The position numbers and the translations under genes were made by a program. From an uncultured Actinomycetota bacterium (GTDB lineage Bacteria > Actinomycetota > Actinomycetes > JAHEKZ01): a stretch of DNA of 64,000 nt. The stretch is from the NCBI GenBank assembly GCA_963718235.1, contig CAVQYR010000002.1, positions 544,001 to 608,000 of the forward strand, written 5' to 3'. Shown here one piece after another: positions 16,546 through 26,199 of the stretch (its first letter is position 1; every line of letters begins with the position of its first letter). The notes under the pieces are model-generated. The model was not told the DNA's origin, searched no databases, and saw nothing but the letters and a program-made list of their open reading frames with translations.

Positions 16546-17091
16546 ATGTCCCAGTTCCGGATCCGCAACGCCCGCCCCGATGATGTCGCCGAGATCTTCG
16601 CGATGGTCTGCGAGCTGGCCGAGTACGAGAAGGCCCGCCACGAGGTCCAGTCGAACGAGGCCCTGTTCGCCGAGGCACTCTTCTGCACCGAGCCCGCGGT
16701 GTGGTGCTCGATCCTGGAGCACCACCCTGACGACGACGCGGCACCGGACCCCGGCGGCTGGGAGGTCGCGGGCATGGCGATCTGGTTCCGCAACTTCTTC
16801 ACCTGGACCGCGAAGCACTCGATCTACCTGGACGACCTGTACGTCCGCGAGCAGTACCGGGGCCTTGGCTACGGCAAGGCGCTCCTCCAGCACCTCGCGC
16901 AGATCTGCGTCGAGCGCGGCTACCCGCGGCTGGACTGGTGGGTGCTGGACTGGAACCCCGCTGTCGACTTCTACCAGCGGATCGGCGCGATCTCGATGGA
17001 CGACTGGACGGTGAACCGGCTGACCGGACCGGCGCTGGAACGCCTTGCGTCGGGCCGTTTCGACGACAGCGGCGACCCGGAAGCGGTCTGA
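16546..17091 (+). CDS. GNAT N-acetyltransferase (diamine/spermidine acetyltransferase-like)
   Basis: ELAEYEK, IYLDDLYVREQYRGLGYGKALL and RLDWWVLDWN. Confidence 0.88.
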   Translation: MSQFRIRNARPDDVAEIFAMVCELAEYEKARHEVQSNEALFAEALFCTEPAVWCSILEHHPDDDAAPDPGGWEVAGMAIWFRNFFTWTAKHSIYLDDLYVREQYRGLGYGKALLQHLAQICVERGYPRLDWWVLDWNPAVDFYQRIGAISMDDWTVNRLTGPALERLASGRFDDSGDPEAV

Positions 17092-17168
17092 ACGACGCTG
17101 ACGGACCTGAAGCTCGCGATCCGTTGGCCCCCGGCCGGGGACCGGGCACATCGTGGGCGCGACTGTGT

Positions 17169-17196
17169 CAACCTGATGGGTCAGTCCAACGACTCT
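17169..17196 (+). promoter_or_regulatory. Putative ECF (SigE-type) autoregulatory promoter CAAC-N17-CGACTC
   Basis: caac at 17169-72, cgactc from 17190, ATG at 17202 (leaderless geometry). Confidence 0.4.
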
Positions 17197-17201
17197 CAGG
17201 C

Positions 17202-17774
17202 ATGACGAACTCCGTACCGGAGGACCTGCTCTCCATGGGTGAGTGGCGCACCAGCAGTGGGCGCGAGGCGGCGGGCTCGGCTGGCGCCGAACTCGTCGAC
17301 GTGCTGTTCCGGCGGCACTACGCCGCACTCCTGCGCCTCGGAGTGGTCATGCTGGGAAGTCGCGAGGCGGCAGAGGACGCGGTCCAGGACGCCTTCGTGA
17401 CCCTGCACCGTCGTCAGTCGTTGTTGCGCGACCCGGATGCCGCCGCGGCGTACCTGCGCTCCGCGGTGCTGAATCGCTGTCGGTCCTGGGTGCGACGTCA
17501 GGTCACCCAACGCGCTCCAAGGCCGCTGATGCTCGTGCCCGAGCACCAGGAGAGCGCGGAGGAGACGATCGTGGGTCGCGATGAGGTCGGGTCACTCGTG
17601 GCCCTCATGCGCACCTTGGCGCGGCGTCAGCGTGAGGTGCTGGCCTGCCGGTTCGTGCTGGAGCTGTCCGTCTACGAGACCGCCCAGCTCCTGGAGATCA
17701 GCGAGGGGTCGGTCAAGGCCCATACCCATCGCGGACTGCATGCACTTCAACGACGGATCGAGGTGACCCGATGA
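17202..17774 (+). CDS. ECF RNA polymerase sigma factor, SigE family
   Basis: AEDAVQDAF, AYLRSAVLNRCRS, RQREVLACRF and ETAQLLEISEGSVKAHTHRG. Confidence 0.9.
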   Translation: MTNSVPEDLLSMGEWRTSSGREAAGSAGAELVDVLFRRHYAALLRLGVVMLGSREAAEDAVQDAFVTLHRRQSLLRDPDAAAAYLRSAVLNRCRSWVRRQVTQRAPRPLMLVPEHQESAEETIVGRDEVGSLVALMRTLARRQREVLACRFVLELSVYETAQLLEISEGSVKAHTHRGLHALQRRIEVTR

Positions 17775-18817
17775 GCAGCATCGAGGAGCGGCTTGCACGG
17801 GACATCGCGGCAGTAACCGGAGGTGTCGTCGTGACCGAGTCAGACCTGCACGATGCGCGTGAGGTACTCGACGAGCGCATCGACCGCAAGCGCGTGCGCG
17901 ACCGTGCTCGTACCGTCGGCGTTGCCGCCGCGGCCGCAGTTGTGGTCGCGATCGTTGGCGTCACGGCGTTCCAGACACTGAGCAACGAGGACGATCCGGC
18001 CCCTCCTGCCGACTCCGGGCCGACCACGCCCGTCGACCCTGAGGCGCGCTTCCTCACCGGGAAAGCCCCGACCCCGCAGCTCATCGAGGGAGTCTGGCGG
18101 GTGGACAACGGCACCCTGCTGCTGAGGTTCAGCAGCGACGGCACCGTCCAGCTCGACGACGGTGGACAGCTGTACTCCGACCCGCTCGCCTTCGGTACGT
18201 ACGAGATCACCGATGACCTGATCACCGTCACTGTGGACGCCGGCACAGGCCAGTGTGTCGGCCAGACGTTCGCCATGCGCGCCTCCCTCCCGGAGTCTGG
18301 AGCCATGCGGTTCGTGCACACCCAGCCAGGAACGGGCACCTGCACCCCTGACCCGGTGTTGATCGATGCCGCCCCCACGGGGCCGCACACCGACGTGTGG
18401 TGGGTCCTGGAGCGGGTGCTGCCGACCAGAACGAGTGCCTGGCCACGCTTGACTTCTCCAAGGAAGGGCCCTGGACGCGGCCGGCGGACAGGAGCGCCTT
18501 GTACGGCGACTGGATGGCCCAAGGGGGCGGACACCTCCTCGAGCTGGCACCGGACGGCGACTACTCCGTCGCGAGCGAGTCCGGTGACCTGGTCGACCGT
18601 GGTCTGTGGGTGCGCCGCGGCTCGGAGCTGACCCTGACCAGCTCAGCCGCCTCCGGCGAGTGCGCCAAGGGGGACCGGCTCGTGTGGAGCGGACTGGAGC
18701 AGGCGTACCCGGGTACCACCACCATGCGCGGGACCGTCGTCGAAGACACCTGCGGCGGACCCTGGGCGTCCAAGAGCGTGGATCCTGCTCCCCCAAGAGC
18801 GAGACCAGAGTCGCTGA
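17771..18817 (+). CDS. Single-TM anti-sigma-like protein with tandem extracellular beta domains; two apparent frameshifts (~18423, ~18775)
   Basis: Coupled to the sigma gene; N-terminal helix then a TM. Domain 1 (GVWRV..LRFSSDGT) is repeated in another frame (GDWMA..LELAPDGDY), then the reading returns to the first frame (WILLP..TGA 18815-17). Confidence 0.6.
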
Positions 18818-18854
18818 CGGACTCCCTGATCCGTGGCCGCCGGGCCAGGTCTGC

Positions 18855-19613
18855 TCAGGCAGGGACCTGGCTCGACCGGCGCAGCGCGATGTCGCCGCTG
18901 ACCGTGCGGACCTTGACGTCGAGCGCCACCGCGTCCGAGCCGAAACCTGCCGGATCGTCCTCGAGGTCGAGGTCGGGGTTCATCGTCCCGGACAGGGAAG
19001 AGAGCTCGAGGTGCAGCCGCAGTCCGCGCTCGACCGCGAGGTCGACGTCGCCGGAGACGACCTGGATCGACGTCCGCCCGGCCCGCAGCAGACCCACAGC
19101 GACGTCACCGGACGCCGACTGGACGGTCAGGTCGCGGTCGGCCCGGCCGAGCTGGACGTCACCGGAGGCCGACCGGACGAGGACCGGCCCGGTCACGTGT
19201 TCGGCCTGCACGTCCCCAGACGCACTGTGCACGCGAAGCTCGCCGTCGACGGTGTCGACCTGCATGTCGCCGGACGCGGTGCTGACGGCCACCGACCCGA
19301 CCCGGCCGTGTGCCTCGAGGTCCAAAGCCTCGCCCTTGAGCCGCAAGGCGGTGCCCTCCGGCACGACCACCACCAGCGACACCCCTGAGCCGAACCAGCC
19401 GAACCCGCGACGGCGGGGCTGGGTGATGCTCACGGTCTGGGTGCGTTCGTCGGCCCGCACGACCACATCGTTCGGGTCGCGCGCACCGCGGACGGTGACC
19501 TCGGTGCTGGGCTGGGCGTGCGTCGTGACGGTCAGGGTGCCGTCGGGCACGCTCACGGACAGCGTCCAAGGGCCGGTGGTGGGGAAGGTGACGGGGTCGA
19601 GGTCGACGGACAT
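18855..19613 (-). CDS. DUF4097 family beta-strand repeat protein
   Basis: Repeated (S/T)ASGD(V/M) motifs and a VRTVSGDI end. Confidence 0.88.
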   Translation of the reverse strand: MSVDLDPVTFPTTGPWTLSVSVPDGTLTVTTHAQPSTEVTVRGARDPNDVVVRADERTQTVSITQPRRRGFGWFGSGVSLVVVVPEGTALRLKGEALDLEAHGRVGSVAVSTASGDMQVDTVDGELRVHSASGDVQAEHVTGPVLVRSASGDVQLGRADRDLTVQSASGDVAVGLLRAGRTSIQVVSGDVDLAVERGLRLHLELSSLSGTMNPDLDLEDDPAGFGSDAVALDVKVRTVSGDIALRRSSQVPA

Positions 19614-19645
19614 GAGTGGCTCCGATGCGGTCAGAGAGGAAGGGC

Positions 19646-20110
19646 TCAGCTGCTGGCGTAGCCGCTGAAGTGGTTGCCGGTAACGGTTCGTCTGCGGGGG
19701 GCGCGGCCCTCCAGGGCCGAACGGATGGCCTGGACCAGCCAGGCGTTGGTCGACTGACCGGTCATCGCCGCCGCCTGCTCGACTCCCGTCTTGAGCGCTT
19801 CGGGTAGCCGCAGGGTGATCCGGGCGGCCGAGCCGTCGTCGTCTGGGGTGGTCGGGGTCGGGCCGGACACCGTGGCGTCCTCGACGTACAGCAGGTGGAC
19901 GTCGCGTCCGGCCAGGCGCAGCTCGACGTGGCCCTGCGGCACCTGGTCGGACAGCTCCAGCGCTGCGACGCCCAGGACGTCCATGACCTGCAGCTGGAGC
20001 GCGGGTTCCAAGGAGGCCAGCAGCCGGTGCACGGTCGCGGCGGTTGCCTCGTCGGGCGCCGCTGCCTCGAGTCGGGCGGACAGCTGCTGGACGTGGGGGG
20101 TGAGGTCCAT
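19646..20110 (-). CDS. Ribbon-helix-helix regulator (HicB-antitoxin-like annotation) of the DUF4097 operon
   Basis: MDLTPHV start, VELRLAGRD and an ARITLRLPEALK..STNAWLVQAI RHH segment. Confidence 0.82.
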   Translation of the reverse strand: MDLTPHVQQLSARLEAAAPDEATAATVHRLLASLEPALQLQVMDVLGVAALELSDQVPQGHVELRLAGRDVHLLYVEDATVSGPTPTTPDDDGSAARITLRLPEALKTGVEQAAAMTGQSTNAWLVQAIRSALEGRAPRRRTVTGNHFSGYASS

Positions 20111-20116
20111 CGTGGG

Positions 20117-20251
20117 TCAGTCCTCGCTCCGGGGCTCGGGGTAGCGCACGTTCGTGACGCCGGGCCGCCGGGCGTCCCGGCCAGGGGCGTGGCGAAGGTT
20201 CGGACGGGTGGAGTGGTACCGGCGCATGTAAGAGTGGATCTGGGGGTCCAT
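20117..20251 (-). CDS. Small 44-aa ORF leading the RHH-DUF4097 operon; not in the ORF track
   Basis: AAGGAGG RBS; MDPQIHSYMRRYHSTRPNLRHAPGRDARRPGVTNVRYPEPRSED; stop 6 nt before the RHH start. Confidence 0.5.
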   Translation of the reverse strand: MDPQIHSYMRRYHSTRPNLRHAPGRDARRPGVTNVRYPEPRSED

Positions 20252-20273
20252 GACGCCTCCTTCGCAGTCAACA

Positions 20274-20313
20274 GGACGTCTCACTGACATCCACATGACG
20301 TCACTATGACATC
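20274..20313. promoter_or_regulatory. Four 11-bp-phased (T/G)GAC(A/G)TC boxes, candidate RHH operator
   Basis: ggacgtc 20274, tgacatc 20285, tgacgtc 20296, tgacatc 20307. Confidence 0.65.
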
Positions 20314-20350
20314 AAACCGCCGTCAGGTCAACCGCCGGGGCCGGCTCCGG

Positions 20351-21310
20351 TCAGGGGTCGTCGAGCAGTCGGTCGAGCAGGTCGTGGACGGCGGCGACCT
20401 CCGATCGGCTCCTGGCCCGCACCGCGCTCCACAGGGCGTGCTCCAGCGCGCGGGCCCTGACCCACGGCGCCAGCCTGACGTCGTCCGGCGGGTGCCCGTC
20501 CGGAAGGGTCCCGTAGGCGGCGACCGCGGCCGCACCGTCGTCCGCCGACGTGCTGCGCAGAGTCGCGAGGTCCCACTCGACGGGCGCCAGGCAACAGTCC
20601 TCGAGGTCGTTCCACACCAGGCGTCCGTCCAGCCGGAGGACGTTGCCCGGGTGGGCGTCGCCGTGGACCGCCTGCCACCCCGCCGTCAGCGGGTCCGACC
20701 CGGCTGCGGCCAGGAGGGGGGCGACGACCGCCTCGTGCGCCGCCCGCAGCCGGAGCTGCAGCTCGGCGGCGATCTCGCCGGTTCCGGACGTCGTGCTGAG
20801 GACACTCTCGAGGTCACCGGCCACCGGCGCGAGGTGCGGCAATTGGTCGGCCCAGGGAACGCCACGAGCCGCGGCGTGGAGCGCCCGCAGCGCCTGCGCC
20901 AGTCGGGCAGGTGTGGCGTCTCGCGGCGTAGGGACGGCTGCGGCCCGCCAGACCGTGAGGGTCAGTCCGTCGACCTCGTGGGGGCCGGCCTCCAACCAGT
21001 CGCCGGGCCCGGCGGGGGGCACGACCGGACCGCCGCGCGCCACGAGCTCCCGAGCCAACGCGACCTCCTGGTGGATCCGCCAGGGGTTCTCCAGCCGCTG
21101 GCCGGCGAGCAGGTCGGTGCGCGACGGCGACCGTACGACCAGTCCCGCCCCGGTGCTCGGCCGGCCGTCGAGGGCCACGACGATGTTGGCCTTGGCGGAC
21201 AGCACCCGAGGCTCGACTGCGGTGAGGCCGTGCCCGGCGAGGAACGTCCGAGTCGCGCTCAGCACCCGGGTCGCACGGGCCGCCCTACGCTCGTCGATCG
21301 ACGCGGGCAC
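20351..21310 (-). CDS. Aminoglycoside phosphotransferase (APH/ChoK) family protein
   Basis: HGDAHPGNV Brenner motif, WNDLED and EWDLA. Confidence 0.85.
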   Translation of the reverse strand: MPASIDERRAARATRVLSATRTFLAGHGLTAVEPRVLSAKANIVVALDGRPSTGAGLVVRSPSRTDLLAGQRLENPWRIHQEVALARELVARGGPVVPPAGPGDWLEAGPHEVDGLTLTVWRAAAVPTPRDATPARLAQALRALHAAARGVPWADQLPHLAPVAGDLESVLSTTSGTGEIAAELQLRLRAAHEAVVAPLLAAAGSDPLTAGWQAVHGDAHPGNVLRLDGRLVWNDLEDCCLAPVEWDLATLRSTSADDGAAAVAAYGTLPDGHPPDDVRLAPWVRARALEHALWSAVRARSRSEVAAVHDLLDRLLDDP

Positions 21311-21451
21311 GGCACCACCTCATCGCATGGAGGTGGACGCTCAGGCCTTCGTGGTCTCAGGGTGTCTGGAGGACTCCCCGGCCACCGGCGATGCCCCGCC
21401 GATGGCCTCTGACCTGCGCATTCACCGTTGATCGGAGTTGGTCGCTGTTGA

Positions 21452-21485
21452 CTGCGGACGAGCCTACTGCGGACTCTCTGCGGAC
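21452..21485. repeat. Three CTGCGGAC direct repeats in intergenic DNA
   Basis: Copies at 21452, 21467 and 21478. Confidence 0.7.
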
Positions 21486-21599
21486 TGGTTGAACGTGAAG
21501 GCGCGGGTAACGTCGGAGACGGAAGCGGGTCGGGGTGTCGAACCAACAGGGCGACCCCCGGTCGTTGCGCGATCGAGAATCGCGCGAAGGATCGCGCCG

Positions 21600-21896
21600 A
21601 TGATTGAGGCGTCGTTCGTCGCCACGCTGGTGCGCCACCACGGAGAGGCCCCGTGGTTCTTCATCACGCTGCCCCTCGACGTCGCAGACGACATCCGTCA
21701 TCGCGTGGAGCCGGTCGGGTTCGGCTCGGTCGCCGTCGAGGCCACGGTTGGGGCGACCTCGTGGTCCACCTCGGTCTTCCCCGACAAGAAGTCGGGCTCG
21801 TTTGTGCTGCCCGTGAAGGCCGCCGTGCGCAACCGGGAGAGCCTCGACGACGGCAGCGAGGTGCACGTCGGACTCCGGATCCGGACGGACCACTGA
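21600..21896 (+). CDS. DUF1905 domain protein
   Basis: WFFITLP, GFGSVAVEATVG, WSTSVFPDK and LPVKAAVR. Confidence 0.88.
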   Translation: MIEASFVATLVRHHGEAPWFFITLPLDVADDIRHRVEPVGFGSVAVEATVGATSWSTSVFPDKKSGSFVLPVKAAVRNRESLDDGSEVHVGLRIRTDH

Positions 21897-21995
21897 CGCC
21901 GGACCCACCGGTCTAGGGTCGCAAGGACGCACGACCACCGACCGGGGCAAGGCGGATTCGCTGCCCGGTCCGGCACTCGAAACCTCAGTCGACGG

Positions 21996-22604
21996 TCAGT
22001 CGAGCCTCCCCTCCTCAGCCAGCACTCTCTCGACGCGACGATCGGGAACCACCCAAAGAATCGCGACCCCGACGAAGATCGCGTAGGAGATCCATACCCA
22101 GACGAATGCGGCAGGGATCGCCACGGCGTAGCCCACGACAGAGAGCAGGCCCTTGGAGTCTCGCCCCATCGCACGCGCCGTCAGTGAGTCCTCGCCCTGG
22201 CTACTGATGATCACCCGGACGAGGAGGGTGTATGCGGCTCCAGCCGCGAACAGCACGACGCCATAGGCCGCAGCAGGGGCTGGGTCGCCCACGTTCTCGC
22301 CCATCCAGCTCGTGGCGAACGGGAACAGTGAGAGGCAGAACAGAAGAGCCATGTTCGCCCACAGGATGCCTCCGGTGACCCGATCCACTGTCTGCATCAG
22401 ATGGTGGTGGTTGTTCCAGTAGATGGCGATGTAGAGGAAGCTCAGCAAGTAGCTGGCGAAGACGAGATGCGTTCCTCCAGCCCACAGGTCAGACAAGGAC
22501 GCCGGTCGCCCCTCGGCGACCGGCGCTCTCAGTTCGAGCACCATGATGGTGATGATGATGGCGAGCACACCATCGCTGAACGCTTCGAGCCGGGTCGACC
22601 GCAT
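21996..22604 (-). CDS. TMEM175 family (DUF1211) potassium channel
   Basis: RLEAFSDGVLAIIITIMVLE, SYLLSF and YWNNHHH. Confidence 0.93.
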   Translation of the reverse strand: MRSTRLEAFSDGVLAIIITIMVLELRAPVAEGRPASLSDLWAGGTHLVFASYLLSFLYIAIYWNNHHHLMQTVDRVTGGILWANMALLFCLSLFPFATSWMGENVGDPAPAAAYGVVLFAAGAAYTLLVRVIISSQGEDSLTARAMGRDSKGLLSVVGYAVAIPAAFVWVWISYAIFVGVAILWVVPDRRVERVLAEEGRLD

Positions 22605-22668
22605 CGACAACCTCCCACCGGGCCGTCATGGACGCGACCAGGACGGGTAACGACCAACGGCGGACCGA

Positions 22669-22709
22669 GCGGGCCTCCTGGGAGCGTTTCCGCAGGTCAG
22701 GAGGCCCGC
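22669..22709 (-). terminator. 12-bp stem-loop downstream of sodN
   Basis: gcgggcctcctg (22669-80) pairs with caggaggcccgc (22698-709). Confidence 0.65.
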
Positions 22710-22717
22710 GACGGAGC

Positions 22718-23116
22718 CTAGGCCTTCTTGGTCTCCCAGAAGATCTCGGCGATCTCGTCGATCTTGGCGAGCAGCTGGTCGGCCACGGCGACGTCGGTGC
22801 TGCCCTTGGTCCCGCCCGCGCCGGCCAGCTTGGTTGCCTCGTTGAACAGCCCACTGAGCTGGGGGTACTTCTCGAAGTGGGGAGGCTTGAAGTAGTCGGT
22901 CCACAGCACCCAGAGGTGCTCCTTCACCAGGTCGCTGCGCTGCTCCTTGATGAACACCGCGCGCTGACGGAACTCCGAGTCGTCGCTGGCGTGGAACTTC
23001 TCCATGCAAGCCTTCACCGACTGGGCCTCGAGGCGTGCCTGGGCGGGGTCGTAGACACCGCACGGGAGATCACAGTGCGCGCTCACCTCGGCGATGGATC
23101 GGGCGAACCGACGCAT
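22718..23116 (-). CDS. sodN: Nickel superoxide dismutase precursor
   Basis: Ni-hook HCDLPCGVYDP after a short propeptide; LWVLWTDYFKPPH. Confidence 0.97.
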   Translation of the reverse strand: MRRFARSIAEVSAHCDLPCGVYDPAQARLEAQSVKACMEKFHASDDSEFRQRAVFIKEQRSDLVKEHLWVLWTDYFKPPHFEKYPQLSGLFNEATKLAGAGGTKGSTDVAVADQLLAKIDEIAEIFWETKKA

Positions 23117-23198
23117 GGGGGATCCTTTCGACGCAGACAGTAGGGATGTGAGCGACACTACCCCTGGCGAGGCGTCGATGCATCGGGGAGGGCGAGCC

Positions 23199-23516
23199 GT
23201 GCCCAGCTGGTCTCTGGTGCGCGTCCGGGGTTCGTCGATGTCGCCGACGCTGGCCGACGGCGACATCCTGCTGGTCCGTGGCGGTGGACCGGGTCGGGTG
23301 GGCGACCTCGCCGTCGTGCGCCTTCCTGGTGGTAGGCCGTGGTCGGTCAAGCGCCTGGCGCGGCTGGACGGCGACGGTTGGTGGGTCGAGAGGGACAACC
23401 CCCGGGAGGGCGTGGACTCGTGGACGCTCGGTGTTCCCGTCCCAGGCGCCGATGTGCTGGGCATCGCCCGAATGCGGGTCTGGCCCCGCCCGGGGCGCCT
23501 GCTGCGCCGCGCCTAG
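23199..23516 (+). CDS. sodX: Ni-SOD maturation protease (S26-like)
   Basis: RVRGSSMSPTL, VKR and DN..GVDS; divergent from sodN. Confidence 0.85.
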   Translation: MPSWSLVRVRGSSMSPTLADGDILLVRGGGPGRVGDLAVVRLPGGRPWSVKRLARLDGDGWWVERDNPREGVDSWTLGVPVPGADVLGIARMRVWPRPGRLLRRA

Positions 23517-23520
23517 TCCG

Positions 23521-24459
23521 CTAGCGAGTCACGTGAGCTCTGCGCTGAAGCCCGATCACGTTGATGATGAGGCGACTGATCGTGAGTGCCGTCAGGTCGC
23601 GGACGTCGAGGTGCGGCTGGTACTCCGTGACGACCAGGGCCGCCACCCTGTCCTGTCGGGCCAGATGGCGGAGTATCCCCCCGATCTCCGGGTAGGTCAG
23701 GCCACCCGGCTCGGGCCACCCCACCCCAGGGGCGATGCTGGGGTCCAGTCCGTCGCAGTCGATCGTGACCAGCCAGCGGTGGTCGGTCGGGAGTGTCTCC
23801 ACGAAGGATGCGACACCGGTCTCGCGAAGCTCCCAGGCGGTCACGATCCGGTTGCCGACCTCGACGGCGTCGCGCAGGTCACCGGGCCGCGCGCTGCCGA
23901 CGGCGCGTAGGCCGAGTTGGACGACGTGCTCGACGCAGCTGAGTTCGCGGATCCGACGAATGGGGCTGGAGTACCCATCACGGACCCCGTCGACCTCGTC
24001 ACGGAAGTCGAGGTGTGCATCGACGTGCAGCACGTTGACCTGCTCGTGGCCTTCGAACGCTCGAGCGACCATCGGCGGGACGGAGTCGAGTCCACCGAGC
24101 ACCAACGGGGTCCGTCCGTTCCTCACCAGCCGGCCCAGGACGTCGAGCGCGGTGTCCAGGATCGAGTCCGGATCGCGTACGTCAGCGACCACGTTTCCGC
24201 AGTCCGACACCGTCGGGACCCCGTCGGGGAAGAGCGGGCCCCCGAGGTCGAAGTCGTAGTGCTGGGCCAGCCGGCCGTACTCCATCCGATCGGTCAGCTC
24301 CCGGACAGCGTCCGCGGCGCCGGCGCTGACGACCAGGTCAGCCGGTACGTAGGGAGGCCCGAAAGGGATGCCGACATAGGCGTACGGCGTCTCGACCAGG
24401 TCGGGGTCCAGGACCACGGGGGCGTTGAGAAACGGCGTCGTGCCAGGGCTCAAGGACAT
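23521..24459 (-). CDS. Ureohydrolase (agmatinase/arginase family), atypical GGLDS motif
   Basis: HVDAHLD and TIDCDGLDPSIAPG..PGGL; GGLDS in place of GGDHS. Confidence 0.88.
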   Translation of the reverse strand: MSLSPGTTPFLNAPVVLDPDLVETPYAYVGIPFGPPYVPADLVVSAGAADAVRELTDRMEYGRLAQHYDFDLGGPLFPDGVPTVSDCGNVVADVRDPDSILDTALDVLGRLVRNGRTPLVLGGLDSVPPMVARAFEGHEQVNVLHVDAHLDFRDEVDGVRDGYSSPIRRIRELSCVEHVVQLGLRAVGSARPGDLRDAVEVGNRIVTAWELRETGVASFVETLPTDHRWLVTIDCDGLDPSIAPGVGWPEPGGLTYPEIGGILRHLARQDRVAALVVTEYQPHLDVRDLTALTISRLIINVIGLQRRAHVTR

Positions 24460-24514
24460 GTGCAGCACCTCGGCGGAGTAGGGGCCTGTCGGGGGGACAG
24501 ACGACCTGGTCGCA

Positions 24515-25282
24515 TCAGAGGACCTTGGACAGGAACTCCTTCGTGCGCTGGTGCTGAGGGTTGCTGAGCACCTGTCGGGGGTCCCCCGCCTCCACGACGA
24601 TGCCCCCAGCAATGAGGACGATCTGGTCACCGACCTCTCGGGCGAACCCCATCTCGTGGGTGACCACGAGCATCGTCATGCCCGACAGAGCGAGGTCCTT
24701 CATCACGTCGAGGACCTCGCCGACGAGCTCCGGGTCGAGAGCAGACGTTGGCTCGTCGAAGAGCATGAGCTTCGGCTCCATCGCCAGCGCGCGGGCGATC
24801 GCCACCCGCTGCTGCTGGCCCCCGGACAGCTGGGCCGGATAAGCGGCCGGCTTGTCGGACAGTCCGACCCGGTCCAGGAGCTTCTCGGCTCGCTCGCGGG
24901 CCACCGACTTGGCTTCGTTCTTGACGCGCATCGGCCCCTCCATGACGTTCTGCAGCGCCGTCATGTGTGGGAACAGGTTGAACCGCTGGAACACCATGCC
25001 GATGTCGCGACGCTGAGAGGCGACCTCCTTGTCCTTCATCTCGTGCAGCTTGCCGCCGCGCTCCACATAGCCGACGAGTCGCCCCTCGACCGACAACCGA
25101 CCGGCGTCGATCTTCTCCAGGTGGTTGACGCACCTCAGGAAGGTTGACTTCCCACCACCGGATGGGCCGACGATGCACATGACCTCACGTGGAGCGACCT
25201 CCAGATCAATGCCCTTGAGCACTTCGACCTTGCCGAAGGACTTGTGCACGTTCTCTGCCTTGACCATGGCTGGTTCGGTCAT
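24515..25282 (-). CDS. Polar amino acid ABC transporter ATP-binding protein
   Basis: GPSGGGKST, LSGGQQQRVAIARAL and FDEPTSALDPE. Confidence 0.95.
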   Translation of the reverse strand: MTEPAMVKAENVHKSFGKVEVLKGIDLEVAPREVMCIVGPSGGGKSTFLRCVNHLEKIDAGRLSVEGRLVGYVERGGKLHEMKDKEVASQRRDIGMVFQRFNLFPHMTALQNVMEGPMRVKNEAKSVARERAEKLLDRVGLSDKPAAYPAQLSGGQQQRVAIARALAMEPKLMLFDEPTSALDPELVGEVLDVMKDLALSGMTMLVVTHEMGFAREVGDQIVLIAGGIVVEAGDPRQVLSNPQHQRTKEFLSKVL

Positions 25283-26199
25283 GAGCGCCCCCTGGACAGC
25301 GACCTCTTGAGCCGTTGGATGGGCGTGGGCGGAAGGTTGCGCGTGGCCCCCTTGGCGTAGTGGCGTTCGATGTAGAACTGCCCGACCATCAGGATCGAGG
25401 TCAGGGCGAGGTACCACAGGCTGGCCATGATGGCCATGGGGAAGGGCTGGAACAGCCGGTTGCCTATGGCTTGCGCTTGGAAGAGAAGCTCCGTCGACAG
25501 TGGGATGGCGATCACCAGGGAGGTGGTCTTCAGCATCGAGATCGTCTCGTTGCCCGTCGGGGGAACGATGACCCGCATCGCCTGTGGGAAGACGACACGA
25601 CGGAAGCTCTGTCCGCGGCTCATGCCGAGTGCGGTCGCGGCCTCCGTCTGGCCCTCGTCGACGCTGAGCAACCCGGCCCGCACGATCTCGGCGAGGTACG
25701 CCGCCTCGTTGAGCCCCAGGCCGAGGAGTGCGGCGACGAAGGCCGGGATGAGTGTTCTCGTGTCGAACGAGAACCACTCTGGCCCGAACGGGATCCCCAG
25801 GGCGAGCTCGTTGTACAGGGCGATGAAGTTGCCCCACAGGAACAGCTGGACGTAGATCGGTGTGCCTCGGAAGACCCACAGGTAGACCCATGCCGACCCG
25901 GTGAAGACCGGGTTCGGGGACAGACGCATCACGGCCAGGATGACGCCACCGACGATGCCGATGATCATCGACAGCACGGTCAGCGTCAGAGTGATCCCGA
26001 CGCCCTTGATGATGGGCTCGGCGAACATCCACTCGAAGACGAGCCCCCAGTTCCAGTTGGGGTTCGTGAGGATGCTGTGCACCAGCATCGCGAAGAGCAA
26101 CGCGATGAAGGCCCCACCGACCCAGCGCCAAGGGTGCCGAACCGGAATGGCCTCAATGGCCTCGGGCCGTTGTGGTTCGGTCGTCACCGGCGCGGTCAC
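25279..26199 (-). CDS. Polar amino acid ABC transporter permease
   Basis: FRGTPIYVQL and the EAA motif GQTEAATALGM. Confidence 0.95.
   Translation of the reverse strand: MTAPVTTEPQRPEAIEAIPVRHPWRWVGGAFIALLFAMLVHSILTNPNWNWGLVFEWMFAEPIIKGVGITLTLTVLSMIIGIVGGVILAVMRLSPNPVFTGSAWVYLWVFRGTPIYVQLFLWGNFIALYNELALGIPFGPEWFSFDTRTLIPAFVAALLGLGLNEAAYLAEIVRAGLLSVDEGQTEAATALGMSRGQSFRRVVFPQAMRVIVPPTGNETISMLKTTSLVIAIPLSTELLFQAQAIGNRLFQPFPMAIMASLWYLALTSILMVGQFYIERHYAKGATRNLPPTPIQRLKRSLSRGRS

Noticed and set aside
19646-20110. Type II HicAB toxin-antitoxin module
   Set aside because: No HicA-like toxin is adjacent, and the context is the RHH-DUF4097 operon.
21515-21550. tRNA-like 3' end on the minus strand (GGTTCGACACCCC...CTTCCG)
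   Set aside because: No cloverleaf, acceptor stem partner or CCA can be built.
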